In this document: piece by piece, positions 17,969 to 25,269 of the stretch
How the letters are laid out: every line of letters begins with the position of its first letter
Numbering within the stretch: the stretch's first letter is position 1
DNA from: a virus
Taxonomy: Duplodnaviria > Caudoviricetes
Length of the DNA: 51,078 bases
Direction: 5' to 3' (one strand)
Virus record (IMG/VR): IMGVR_UViG_3300032295_001188
Coordinates: 1-51,078 of that record
Program-made: the position numbers and the translations under genes
Notes under the pieces: generated by a model
What the model saw: the letters and a program-made list of their open reading frames with translations, nothing else
Told to the model about the DNA's origin: nothing
Database searches by the model: none

Positions 17969-18073
17969 ATGGAATTCTTGTCTTCCCTTGGCTACTTTGG
18001 AACACGGCTGTTTTTTGCCGCTGTTGTCCTGGCTGTTTTCGGCATCGTTGCACTTCTAAGGGGCACAAAGTGA
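17969..18073 (+). CDS. 34-aa single-TM peptide (not in track)
   Basis: AGGAG RBS; MEFLSSLGYFGTRLFFAAVVLAVFGIVALLRGTK*. Confidence 0.55.
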   Translation: MEFLSSLGYFGTRLFFAAVVLAVFGIVALLRGTK

Positions 18074-18231
18074 AAAAGCACGGAGGCATGTACTTTTGGA
18101 AGATCGGACCCTTTGGGGGTTCGGTCTACGTTAAAGCTGCTGCTCGCCATCGGCTCGCCCTGGTGGCTGACGTGGCCTTTGCCTGCGCATTCGGGCTTGC
18201 ACTCGGCGCCCTTGTGGGCTTTTCAATTTAA
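18070..18231 (+). CDS. small membrane protein
   Basis: GTGA overlap with the upstream stop; hydrophobic C-terminus. Confidence 0.5.
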   Translation: MKKHGGMYFWKIGPFGGSVYVKAAARHRLALVADVAFACAFGLALGALVGFSI

Positions 18232-18240
18232 GAGGAACAC

Positions 18241-18471
18241 ATGACAACCGCACATCTTTTGATGGCTGTCCGCCATCACTTCACCGCCGCTGAACGCGCT
18301 CGCCGCGCTGGCGGCACCTATAACGCCGGGGAGGGCTCACCCGCCGCCCTGGCGATACAAGCGGCCATGCGAAACATGCAAGCCGCTGGGCTTTCCTATG
18401 CGCAGTGCCTCGATGCCCTGCGAGAACTAGCGCACGATGTGGTGCGCACGGTACGCGCTGAAACCAACTGA
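18241..18471 (+). CDS. small early protein
   Basis: GAGG RBS, co-oriented array. Confidence 0.6.
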   Translation: MTTAHLLMAVRHHFTAAERARRAGGTYNAGEGSPAALAIQAAMRNMQAAGLSYAQCLDALRELAHDVVRTVRAETN

Positions 18472-18488
18472 ACAGGAGAACCTACACC

Positions 18489-18914
18489 ATGACGAAAAGA
18501 GAACTGTTGCGCCGTGCGGCGCTGGAAAACGCCCTTGTCTCCCTCGGCTTCACCACAGAGGAGGCGGACAAACTGCGCCGAATCAGTCTGACCCTAAACC
18601 GCTGGTATGAACTGGAATGCGGGATGGGCGAAGGCCACCGCGAATGGTCCATTGAGCGTGACGACGAATCCGGCAAACCCTATATGGTCACCCACATTCA
18701 CGGGAAAGCCGGTACGCGGACTTTCCGCCATCCTATCGCGGACCGTGAGGCCGGGGCACTGCGCCGCCTCAAGGCGATGATGGAAGGGCGCCCGCTTTTC
18801 TACTATGTCCAGAGTGACCCGCGAGGCCACGCCCTGCATATCTTGCGCTCTGAAGACCTGCGCGAAGGGGCGAAGCTAGACGAGTGCTATTCCCGTGGTC
18901 TGGCGGTTTTCTGA
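18489..18914 (+). CDS. hypothetical early protein
   Basis: AGGAG RBS; LNRWYELECG...YVQSDPRGHALHI. Confidence 0.7.
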   Translation: MTKRELLRRAALENALVSLGFTTEEADKLRRISLTLNRWYELECGMGEGHREWSIERDDESGKPYMVTHIHGKAGTRTFRHPIADREAGALRRLKAMMEGRPLFYYVQSDPRGHALHILRSEDLREGAKLDECYSRGLAVF

Positions 18915-18925
18915 AGGGGCAAACC

Positions 18926-19126
18926 ATGACAAACCAGCAACAAATCCGCGCAGAATTTTGGCGCTGCCATCCTGGCCTGGAAACTGACGCCCGCCGCACT
19001 GGCCGACTATCAAAGCCACAAAATTTTCACAATGCCACCACGCGCAGCGCGTTCGTGGCCTTCCTGGACTATCTGCAACGCACCGGGCAAATATCCGATG
19101 CGCTGGCGGACCGTGCGACTTTGTGA
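18926..19126 (+). CDS. small early protein
   Basis: probable start MTNQQQIRAEFW at 18926. Confidence 0.6.
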   Translation: MTNQQQIRAEFWRCHPGLETDARRTGRLSKPQNFHNATTRSAFVAFLDYLQRTGQISDALADRATL

Positions 19127-19136
19127 AAGGTAACCC

Positions 19137-19400
19137 GTGAAAACCTCAGACCTTAAGACATTCATTCGCTCGGGCGGTTATGCGTGGCCGGGCGGCTATC
19201 CGTGCGCCCTCCTCATGGCCGATGGCGAGTGCATCGATGCCAAAGCCGCCCGCGAAAACTATCGCCTGATTCTTGACTCACTCAAGCGGGGAACCTCCCG
19301 CGATTGGACGCCGTGCGCCGTTTTCGTCCATTGGGAAGGCGACCCGATCATCTGCGCCCATAGTGGCCGCACCATTGAACCCGCCTATTCGGAGGACTAA
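19137..19400 (+). CDS. small early protein
   Basis: YAWPGGYP...C...HWEG...CAHSGRTIEPAY; ends in a repeat-motif variant. Confidence 0.65.
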   Translation: MKTSDLKTFIRSGGYAWPGGYPCALLMADGECIDAKAARENYRLILDSLKRGTSRDWTPCAVFVHWEGDPIICAHSGRTIEPAYSED

Positions 19401-19403
19401 GCC

Positions 19404-19610
19404 ATGCCTTACTTCGACCGCTTCGACATTGTGGAAGCATGGTATCTGGCCCTTTGCGACTGTCACGGGGGCCAATGGTCCTGCGAATATGCGCGACTGT
19501 GCAAGCTCTCGCGCAGCTTCAAGCCGTCGCCTTTCCTGAGCGTGGAAACGCTGAGCGAAAACGCACGGGAAATTTATGACAACGCATGCGCCCGCATGTT
19601 GAAGGACTGA
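19404..19610 (+). CDS. small early protein
   Basis: bounded by repeat motifs; YFDRFDIVEAWYL...HGGQWS. Confidence 0.7.
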   Translation: MPYFDRFDIVEAWYLALCDCHGGQWSCEYARLCKLSRSFKPSPFLSVETLSENAREIYDNACARMLKD

Positions 19611-19655
19611 CCGGCACCTATAGGCCATGCTGTGGCCTATGGGGGCATGTTGCCC
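19607..19655 (+). repeat. intergenic double-hairpin element, copy A
   Basis: CTGACCGGCACCTATAGGC...TATGGGGGCATGTTGCCC; near-identical copy at 20421-20470. Confidence 0.8.
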
Positions 19656-19671
19656 GACAGGAGAACCAACG

Positions 19672-19839
19672 ATGAACGACTATCAAGCCAACGGATATGC
19701 AAGCCGCCGCGACTATCTGGAGTCGCTGGCCGAGGAATACCCGCGAGACACGGTTTTTGCCCTCGCCTCGATGCTGGGGCCGAATGAGGATTTCGACGGG
19801 CTGGTGACGGCCCTGGAAGACTACGCTGACGAATTCTGA
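19672..19839 (+). CDS. small acidic early protein
   Basis: AGGAG RBS; MNDYQANGYASRRDYLESLAEEY. Confidence 0.7.
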   Translation: MNDYQANGYASRRDYLESLAEEYPRDTVFALASMLGPNEDFDGLVTALEDYADEF

Positions 19840-19875
19840 CCCGTGGGGCTCCGGCCCCATTCTGAGGAGTGACCT

Positions 19876-20097
19876 ATGCAAACCCGTTTTCTGTGGGCCT
19901 GGAATCAATATCCTGCCCAGCCTGACCCATCCATGACTCGCGCCCGCGCCGCCCGTCTTCTGTGGGCGTGGCGCAGAACCTCTCGCCGCCCTACGTCAAT
20001 GGGTGGATTTCTGCGTACTTTTGAGCGTATCGCGCCGCACACCTACCGCGTGACGGACTCCGGCGAGGTGGGGACCATGACCATTGCAAAGGACTGA
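19876..20097 (+). CDS. small early protein
   Basis: start and stop both lie in repeat motifs. Confidence 0.65.
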   Translation: MQTRFLWAWNQYPAQPDPSMTRARAARLLWAWRRTSRRPTSMGGFLRTFERIAPHTYRVTDSGEVGTMTIAKD

Positions 20098-20100
20098 GCC

Positions 20101-20424
20101 ATGACCTGGGAAACCGCACACAAGGAAACCCGCGACGGGTTCGACATTGTTCTGTCCGTGACTCCCGAGGACATGCCCCCGGATTGGGATGAAACCGAGG
20201 AAGAACACGCTGAGACACTGCGGAAGATAAACGATGGAGTGTGGGCCTATTTTGAGGCCCGCGTAGAGGCCCGGAAGGAAGGGATAACTCTTGGTACCGT
20301 ATACCTCAACGGCTGTTGTTATGACAGTGTGCGCCAGTTTGTAGAGGAATGCGCTTACTACGGGGGCATGGTTGACGATGCCATAGAAGAGGCCCGAAAG
20401 ACCATCGCCAAGCTAACGGCCTGA
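20101..20424 (+). CDS. small acidic early protein
   Basis: starts in a repeat motif; YLNGCCY. Confidence 0.7.
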   Translation: MTWETAHKETRDGFDIVLSVTPEDMPPDWDETEEEHAETLRKINDGVWAYFEARVEARKEGITLGTVYLNGCCYDSVRQFVEECAYYGGMVDDAIEEARKTIAKLTA

Positions 20425-20470
20425 CCGGCACCTATAGGCTCCGCTGGGGGCTTATGGGGGCATGTTGCCC
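20421..20470 (+). repeat. intergenic double-hairpin element, copy B
   Basis: same arms as 19607-19655 with a different loop. Confidence 0.8.
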
Positions 20471-20492
20471 TGCAGATTCAAAGGACTGACCT

Positions 20493-20627
20493 ATGAATGT
20501 ATATGAGCGTTATCTACGCGCCGAGATGCGCGCTTGGGCTGAAGGCGAAACCGCCAAGGCGATGCTGCTGGCCTGCTGGAAAGCGCGTGCTTACCGCATG
20601 TACGCAGTTGAAACCCCGTACTTCTAA
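20493..20627 (+). CDS. 44-aa early protein (not in track)
   Basis: ATG in a repeat; MNVYERYLRAEMRAWAEG...ETPYF*. Confidence 0.6.
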   Translation: MNVYERYLRAEMRAWAEGETAKAMLLACWKARAYRMYAVETPYF

Positions 20628-20643
20628 GCAGGAGGACTGACCT

Positions 20644-20853
20644 ATGCCTAACATCCCCTGCCTTGATCCTGAAAGACCATTGAACGCCGATGAGCTGGCC
20701 GATGAGCGCTGGGAGCGCCGCCGCCCCTACACGCTCACCCGGGCCCATGTGGAGCGATTGGAGGAAGCTCTACGCTGGGCGCTGGATCAGATTAAATATG
20801 ATCCAAAAACATACTCCGCCTACCTCGATGCCTTAGCCCTTTTGGAGGACTGA
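20644..20853 (+). CDS. small early protein
   Basis: start and stop in repeat motifs. Confidence 0.65.
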   Translation: MPNIPCLDPERPLNADELADERWERRRPYTLTRAHVERLEEALRWALDQIKYDPKTYSAYLDALALLED

Positions 20854-20856
20854 ACT

Positions 20857-21027
20857 ATGAAAAACCTTCGCGCCGCACTGCGGGACAAATTTGGCTTGGG
20901 ACGCTACCGTATCCGCCAGAGTGGAGAGGTGGAAGTCCACGGGACTATTCCGAACACCGGCATTGTCGGATGGTACTTTTACGGGTACATCGAAGACATG
21001 CCCCACCGGCTTGATCTGGAGGACTGA
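20857..21027 (+). CDS. 56-aa early protein (not in track)
   Basis: start and stop in repeats; MKNLRAALRDKFG...HGTIPNTGIVGWYFYG...LED*. Confidence 0.65.
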   Translation: MKNLRAALRDKFGLGRYRIRQSGEVEVHGTIPNTGIVGWYFYGYIEDMPHRLDLED

Positions 21028-21030
21028 CCT

Positions 21031-21228
21031 ATGAAAGACCTACACGCCCGGTTTGAAACATGGTATCGGCTAACGCACTGGATGTATCCAGAGCCCGATA
21101 TTAGATTGGACGGGGTAACGTATGAACATGAAGTAGTGCAAGTCATGTTTCTTGCATACCGCGCCGGGTTCAATCGCGCCCGCAAAGAGGGCAGCGAGCG
21201 CCTACGCTGCACCCTCAGAAAGGACTGA
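21031..21228 (+). CDS. small early protein
   Basis: start and stop in repeats. Confidence 0.65.
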   Translation: MKDLHARFETWYRLTHWMYPEPDIRLDGVTYEHEVVQVMFLAYRAGFNRARKEGSERLRCTLRKD

Positions 21229-21231
21229 CCT

Positions 21232-21381
21232 ATGGTGGACATCCTGGCCGAGTGCTATCGCCGCGCCAGCAGAGCCCGAGAACACCAGCATATGGTGGAC
21301 CTTATGGCTATAGCTGGCCTGCTATGCAAAGGACTGACCGAGGCGGAAATTGAACAAGCGAAACTGAAAGCAGAGGACTGA
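21232..21381 (+). CDS. 49-aa early protein (not in track)
   Basis: start and stop in repeats; MVDILAECYRR...KAED*. Confidence 0.6.
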   Translation: MVDILAECYRRASRAREHQHMVDLMAIAGLLCKGLTEAEIEQAKLKAED

Positions 21382-21384
21382 TCT

Positions 21385-21591
21385 ATGATTTATTCTCAGA
21401 CTGCCCGCTGCGCCCGCTGGGGCGCTGCAAAGGGTGCCCGCCGCGTAAGTGGACTGACCCGTGCCGAACGCGAATCCGTGCGGAACGGAGAGGATGTGCG
21501 GTTCAAAGGTTGCCCCCTAGTGGACGGAACCACGGAACGGCGCATAATTTTTACGAGCGGACGGTTCTTCGCCCGCCTTCCTAAGGAGTGA
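21385..21591 (+). CDS. small basic early protein
   Basis: start and stop in repeats. Confidence 0.65.
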   Translation: MIYSQTARCARWGAAKGARRVSGLTRAERESVRNGEDVRFKGCPLVDGTTERRIIFTSGRFFARLPKE

Positions 21592-21594
21592 CCT

Positions 21595-22092
21595 ATGTTC
21601 ACTCTCAGAATCAACGACTCACACTACCCGATGGTGACTGCCCCGGTGGAATGGCACGATGGAGGATGGCGCACCAGCATCCTGCCCCGCGTGACGCCCG
21701 AGGTGTCAGAAGAGATCGACCACAATCATTGGGAGGATTGGCCAAACGGCATCGTGGATTCCATTTACTTTGCAATGGTGGACGGCTGGTCTTCAGACGG
21801 GACCATGCGCGAGGATGACCCCGACCTCGAGCCGATCTACTGGGCTATCGAGTGGAAGGGTCAGCCCATCGGCAGGGATGCCCTGGAAGAGCTTCTAAAC
21901 CCCGGCGAAGTGGCGATCAACATGCTGGTCGGGACTGACCGACGCGGCGACCCCGTGGAAACGCGGGTGGAGTTCCGCCGCTTAGGAGGCCATGAGGCCG
22001 AGCAGTTCGTTCTGGACTACGCAGACAAGCATGGTCTAGAGATCAACTATCTGGACCGCTATGGATCACTACTTGTGGCACAAGTGGAGTGA
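21595..22092 (+). CDS. acidic hypothetical protein
   Basis: 165 aa, last gene of the array, followed by a terminator. Confidence 0.7.
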   Translation: MFTLRINDSHYPMVTAPVEWHDGGWRTSILPRVTPEVSEEIDHNHWEDWPNGIVDSIYFAMVDGWSSDGTMREDDPDLEPIYWAIEWKGQPIGRDALEELLNPGEVAINMLVGTDRRGDPVETRVEFRRLGGHEAEQFVLDYADKHGLEINYLDRYGSLLVAQVE

Positions 22093-22095
22093 CCC

Positions 22096-22119
22096 AGCCC
22101 GCTTCGGCGGGCTTTTTTT
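22096..22119 (+). terminator. intrinsic terminator with UUCG loop
   Basis: AGCCCGC-TTCG-GCGGGCT-TTTTTT. Confidence 0.85.
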
Positions 22120-22122
22120 CGC

Positions 22123-22151
22123 TTGCACGATTCCGAGGACTGACCTATACT
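22123..22151 (+). promoter_or_regulatory. sigma70 promoter containing the 14-bp repeat
   Basis: TTGCAC-17 nt-TATACT; AGGACTGACCTATAC spans the spacer and -10. Confidence 0.7.
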
Positions 22152-22154
22152 AGC

Positions 22155-22320
22155 GGCACCTGTCGGGGTGGCACCCGGCAGTAGCACTCCAACTGCGAAT
22201 CCCGAACCCTTAAGTGTGGGAGCGGGCTTCGTCAAAGCGCATGGAAGGTGTTGGAGACCAACCATGTCGCGGCAGCCAAGCCTAAAGCTCGTACCCCCAC
22301 TTAAGGGTTTTTGCTTTTTG
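22155..22320 (+). ncRNA. candidate structured small RNA
   Basis: hairpin 22160-22181; 12-bp helix 22205-22216/22298-22309 followed by a U-rich run; starts just after the promoter. Confidence 0.5.
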
Positions 22321-22329
22321 GGTGCTGCC

Positions 22330-22710
22330 AGCCCGTACTCCGCACGATAGCAAGAGCCTTCGTTGGCTGCGCGGAAGAAAACAACGGCAAGCCATGTATG
22401 GCACTGGCTAGGAGGGTTATGCCTAGCAACCCCGTGTGATGCACCCGCACGCCCAAGTAGCGAAAGCCAAAGGGATATACAGAACCCTGTGATGAACAGG
22501 ATTAAAGCCAGCGGACAGCGGCCAACCTCCTCGGAGGAGTAACGGACGAAAGACTAGCGAAGCCCGTCGTCCGGGATGCTGTAGGCAGATGAGTACGCCC
22601 CATAAGTCACCATAAAAACGTGGCAGGCGGTTCTGGTAAAGGGTCTATGAAGCTGCGTAGCCGCCCGGAGAAGGCAGGCAGGCTTCATGGGTAAGAGGTA
22701 GTCCGTCTGT
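22330..22710 (+). ncRNA. candidate large structured RNA (or origin region)
   Basis: no ORF of 60 aa or more; many GC-rich nested inverted repeats (see findings). Confidence 0.35.
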
Positions 22711-22720
22711 ACGTTTTGAC

Positions 22721-22739
22721 ACTGTACGGAATCACAGTA
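22721..22739. promoter_or_regulatory. LexA (SOS) box next to TTGACA
   Basis: A-CTGTACGGAATCACAG-TA (CTG-N10-CAG at 22722-22737) immediately after TTGACA at 22716-22721. Confidence 0.6.
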
Positions 22740-22756
22740 TTGCGCTACAAACGCAC

Positions 22757-22948
22757 ATGACCACAGTAGTAAACATCACCCTCGTACAAGAGGGCGACAA
22801 AATTACCATCCGCTCAGACTCTATAGGCCAGGACGAACAAGTTCTGTCCGTCGGGCTGCAGATCATCAGCCACTTGAGCTACCTCGAACTGCAGCACCCC
22901 GAGCACTTCACTGTGGACATGCCCACGCTAAGCATGGGCAGTCACTAA
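22757..22948 (+). CDS. 63-aa orphan protein, probably SOS-regulated
   Basis: single rightward ORF converging on the primase; SOS box upstream; no clear RBS. Confidence 0.5.
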   Translation: MTTVVNITLVQEGDKITIRSDSIGQDEQVLSVGLQIISHLSYLELQHPEHFTVDMPTLSMGSH

Positions 22949-23763
22949 ATATTGAGTGCTTTCAGGACTGACTGCCCCGTCCTGAAAAGACCTTCTCGCA
23001 TGTGGTGATCGTTGCAATCACCAAGCTGATCGCTCATCCAGTACGGCCAGCCAATCTCGCGGGCTACCCTCTCGCCCGTACCAGAAGCATCGTTGTCCGC
23101 GATGACGTAGCCCCCAGGCAGCAGAGCAGCGATCTTCTGCATGTTCCCGGCTGAGAAGCACACATGAATGGTGTACCGGCGCTTCCAATTTTTGAGGATC
23201 ATCCGCAGGCTCAGGGCCGTGGCGTAACCCTCGCACAAGAAGTGTGGACCTTTGTTGTCGATCACAAACTCCGCCTCGCCCGTGCGCTGCCCGCTCAGAA
23301 ACTTCTTGCCGCCAGCAGTGTCGATCAGTTGGACACCGACCAGACGGTGACCTATCCGCATAGGGATGACAAGAAGATGCTCACCCTCGCGCACCCACAC
23401 ATTGCCCACCTCGTCAGGGAATCCCTTGGCTTTGAGGTAATCGTGTGATGCATACTGGCACTGGTGCAGTATCCAAGCGGCCTTTTTGGAGGCTTCGCTT
23501 TGCCTGCGTGCAGTCTCCATAGCTGCGCGATGTGCCTGCTCGGCCAGGGCGCGGCGATCAATTTTTACGGGCTCATCGGGCTTCCAGACACTCACACTTA
23601 CTTCTGTGGCGTGGTTCTGTACGAACCCGTGGTCGCCCATAAATTTAACGGCACCGTTTCTGGACCGTGGGTGATCTTCCGTGGGATACCTGCGCCACAG
23701 CCCAAACGGCGGCATGTGCGGGATCAGGATTCCGTGGATACGGCAGAAGGTTAGGAAGTCCAT
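22945..23763 (-). CDS. Toprim-domain primase
   Basis: YLKAKG, LVIPM...VGVQLI...GKKFL, LCEGYATALS and IADND motifs. Confidence 0.85.
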   Translation of the reverse strand: MDFLTFCRIHGILIPHMPPFGLWRRYPTEDHPRSRNGAVKFMGDHGFVQNHATEVSVSVWKPDEPVKIDRRALAEQAHRAAMETARRQSEASKKAAWILHQCQYASHDYLKAKGFPDEVGNVWVREGEHLLVIPMRIGHRLVGVQLIDTAGGKKFLSGQRTGEAEFVIDNKGPHFLCEGYATALSLRMILKNWKRRYTIHVCFSAGNMQKIAALLPGGYVIADNDASGTGERVAREIGWPYWMSDQLGDCNDHHMREGLFRTGQSVLKALNI

Positions 23764-25226
23764 CAGCGTTTGCCCCTCAGGTACTTGATAAGCCCAGCCC
23801 GTACATGCTTCTCAAACACCGGCCCAGGCGGCTCAGGCATCCCGTCTACCAACCCACGGGGCCAGACGCCAAACTTCTCCCGGTACACATGCGCTCCCCT
23901 GCCGGAAGACCAGCCGTTAAATTTAATCTTCCACTGAATCTGGTTCCACCAAGCCTGCTTGTCGTCGCGTGACATCGAGCCAAGTTCTTCCATCTGGCCG
24001 GGAACAGAAACCACGGCAGACTTACGCTCACGCACATGCCCGCAGTTGGAGCAGGTATCAGAACCACGCGGCCACAGAGCACCACATGCAGGGCACTTGG
24101 ACTCTTTCTTCTCCTGCTCATCGGGCTCCTTCTTGGATTTCTCCTTGCCGTCGTCTAACTCACTCACTCCATTCTCAAATACATCCTCCCAATCCTCACG
24201 GAATCTCAAGTAATTACCTGAGTGATCAAGCCACAATCCAAAGTCTTTTCCGGGATATGTTCTCATTACCCGCCCCATTTGTTGAATGTGGGAAGACAAT
24301 GATTTAGTGAATGGCCGTGCAGATACACCAATCCTTACTGCTGGTGAGTCAAAACCCTTGGTAAGTATATCGGTAGCAATTAACCCAACGATATCTGAAT
24401 CAGGTTTATTAAAGTCTTCGATCACATCCTTCTTGAATTGATCATCGTCTTTGTAGGATATAGATACGAAGTTATATCCCTGCTCACGGAACTTGGCCTG
24501 GAGATCAACCCCATGGTCCACACCAGCACAGAACACGATAGTCTTCTCTGGCTTGCCAAATATTTCATGCGTCTTCTTGATCCACTCAGCAACGATGTCG
24601 CCAGTGATCTTCTTGCCGCGTGACGTAGCTTCGGCCTGACTCCATTCGCCTGCTACTTTCTTGGCCCCGGTCATGTCAATCTCCTTGGAGATAAACACAC
24701 GCAGAGGCACAAGAGAACCAGCGTCTACCAGTTTCTTGGTGGTGATTGGAGATACGACATGGGAATAAACAGACCCCATGCCTTTCGTGAATGGCGTGGC
24801 TGTTAAGCCGATGACCTTGATATGCGGGTTGTTCTGGATGAACTCTATCGTCTGGGCACGGCTTTGATGAGCCTCGTCGATGATGAGAAGGGATAGACCA
24901 GGGAATGATCCCCGCTTCTCAATCGTCTGGGCCGAGCAGACTTGGATCAGTTCATTCGGCCTGTATCTCCAATGCCCTGATTGGAGTACGCCGTGGTCAA
25001 TCCCGTACTTGTCTAGCCGCTGGGATGTTTGATCGCACAGGACGATCCGGTCAAGAAGCATCGCCGCTCGGGTGCCCTTGACCTTACAGGCATGGAGCAT
25101 AGCGATAGCGATCTCGGTCTTTCCTCCACCGGTTGCGAGGTAAAGAGTTACCGCTTGATGCCCTGCTTTGAAAGCCTCACGCAGCATGTCCAATGCCGCT
25201 TCTTGGTAGTCGCGTAGTTTTAGCAT
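23763..25226 (-). CDS. superfamily 2 (SSL2/RadD-like) helicase with C-terminal Zn ribbon
   Basis: LRDYQ, ATGGGKT, IIDEAH, GLTATP, TKGFD, QQMGRVMR; CPAC/CSNC; GGAG RBS favours a start at 25226. Confidence 0.92.
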   Translation of the reverse strand: MLKLRDYQEAALDMLREAFKAGHQAVTLYLATGGGKTEIAIAMLHACKVKGTRAAMLLDRIVLCDQTSQRLDKYGIDHGVLQSGHWRYRPNELIQVCSAQTIEKRGSFPGLSLLIIDEAHQSRAQTIEFIQNNPHIKVIGLTATPFTKGMGSVYSHVVSPITTKKLVDAGSLVPLRVFISKEIDMTGAKKVAGEWSQAEATSRGKKITGDIVAEWIKKTHEIFGKPEKTIVFCAGVDHGVDLQAKFREQGYNFVSISYKDDDQFKKDVIEDFNKPDSDIVGLIATDILTKGFDSPAVRIGVSARPFTKSLSSHIQQMGRVMRTYPGKDFGLWLDHSGNYLRFREDWEDVFENGVSELDDGKEKSKKEPDEQEKKESKCPACGALWPRGSDTCSNCGHVRERKSAVVSVPGQMEELGSMSRDDKQAWWNQIQWKIKFNGWSSGRGAHVYREKFGVWPRGLVDGMPEPPGPVFEKHVRAGLIKYLRGKR

Positions 25227-25269
25227 GTGTTCTCCTGCTGGCATACAAGCCCGCCAGCGTGGGCTGTTG

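Larger units (their letters stand above)
19393..22150 (+). repeat. dispersed co-oriented 14-bp repeat AGGA(C/G)TGACCTATG
   Basis: junction copies at 19393, 19603, 19865, 20090, 20482, 20633, 20846, 21020, 21221, 21374, 21584, 22086; promoter copy at 22136; intragenic GGACTGACC at 21331, 21451, 21932. Confidence 0.9.

Noticed and set aside
19393-22150. CRISPR array interpretation of the repeats
   Set aside because: Repeats are only 14 bp, the spacing is long and irregular, and the intervening DNA consists of intact ORFs; no cas operon is present
22450-22740. Canonical group I intron
   Set aside because: GACTA/TAGTC resembles P7, but the G-binding-site register, P3-P8 adjacency and P4-P6 could not be built, no interrupted exon pair is evident, and the would-be P9 is better explained by SOS boxes
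22964-22973. AGGACTGACT near the primase 3' end as another repeat copy
   Set aside because: Single partial match outside the cluster; could be chance
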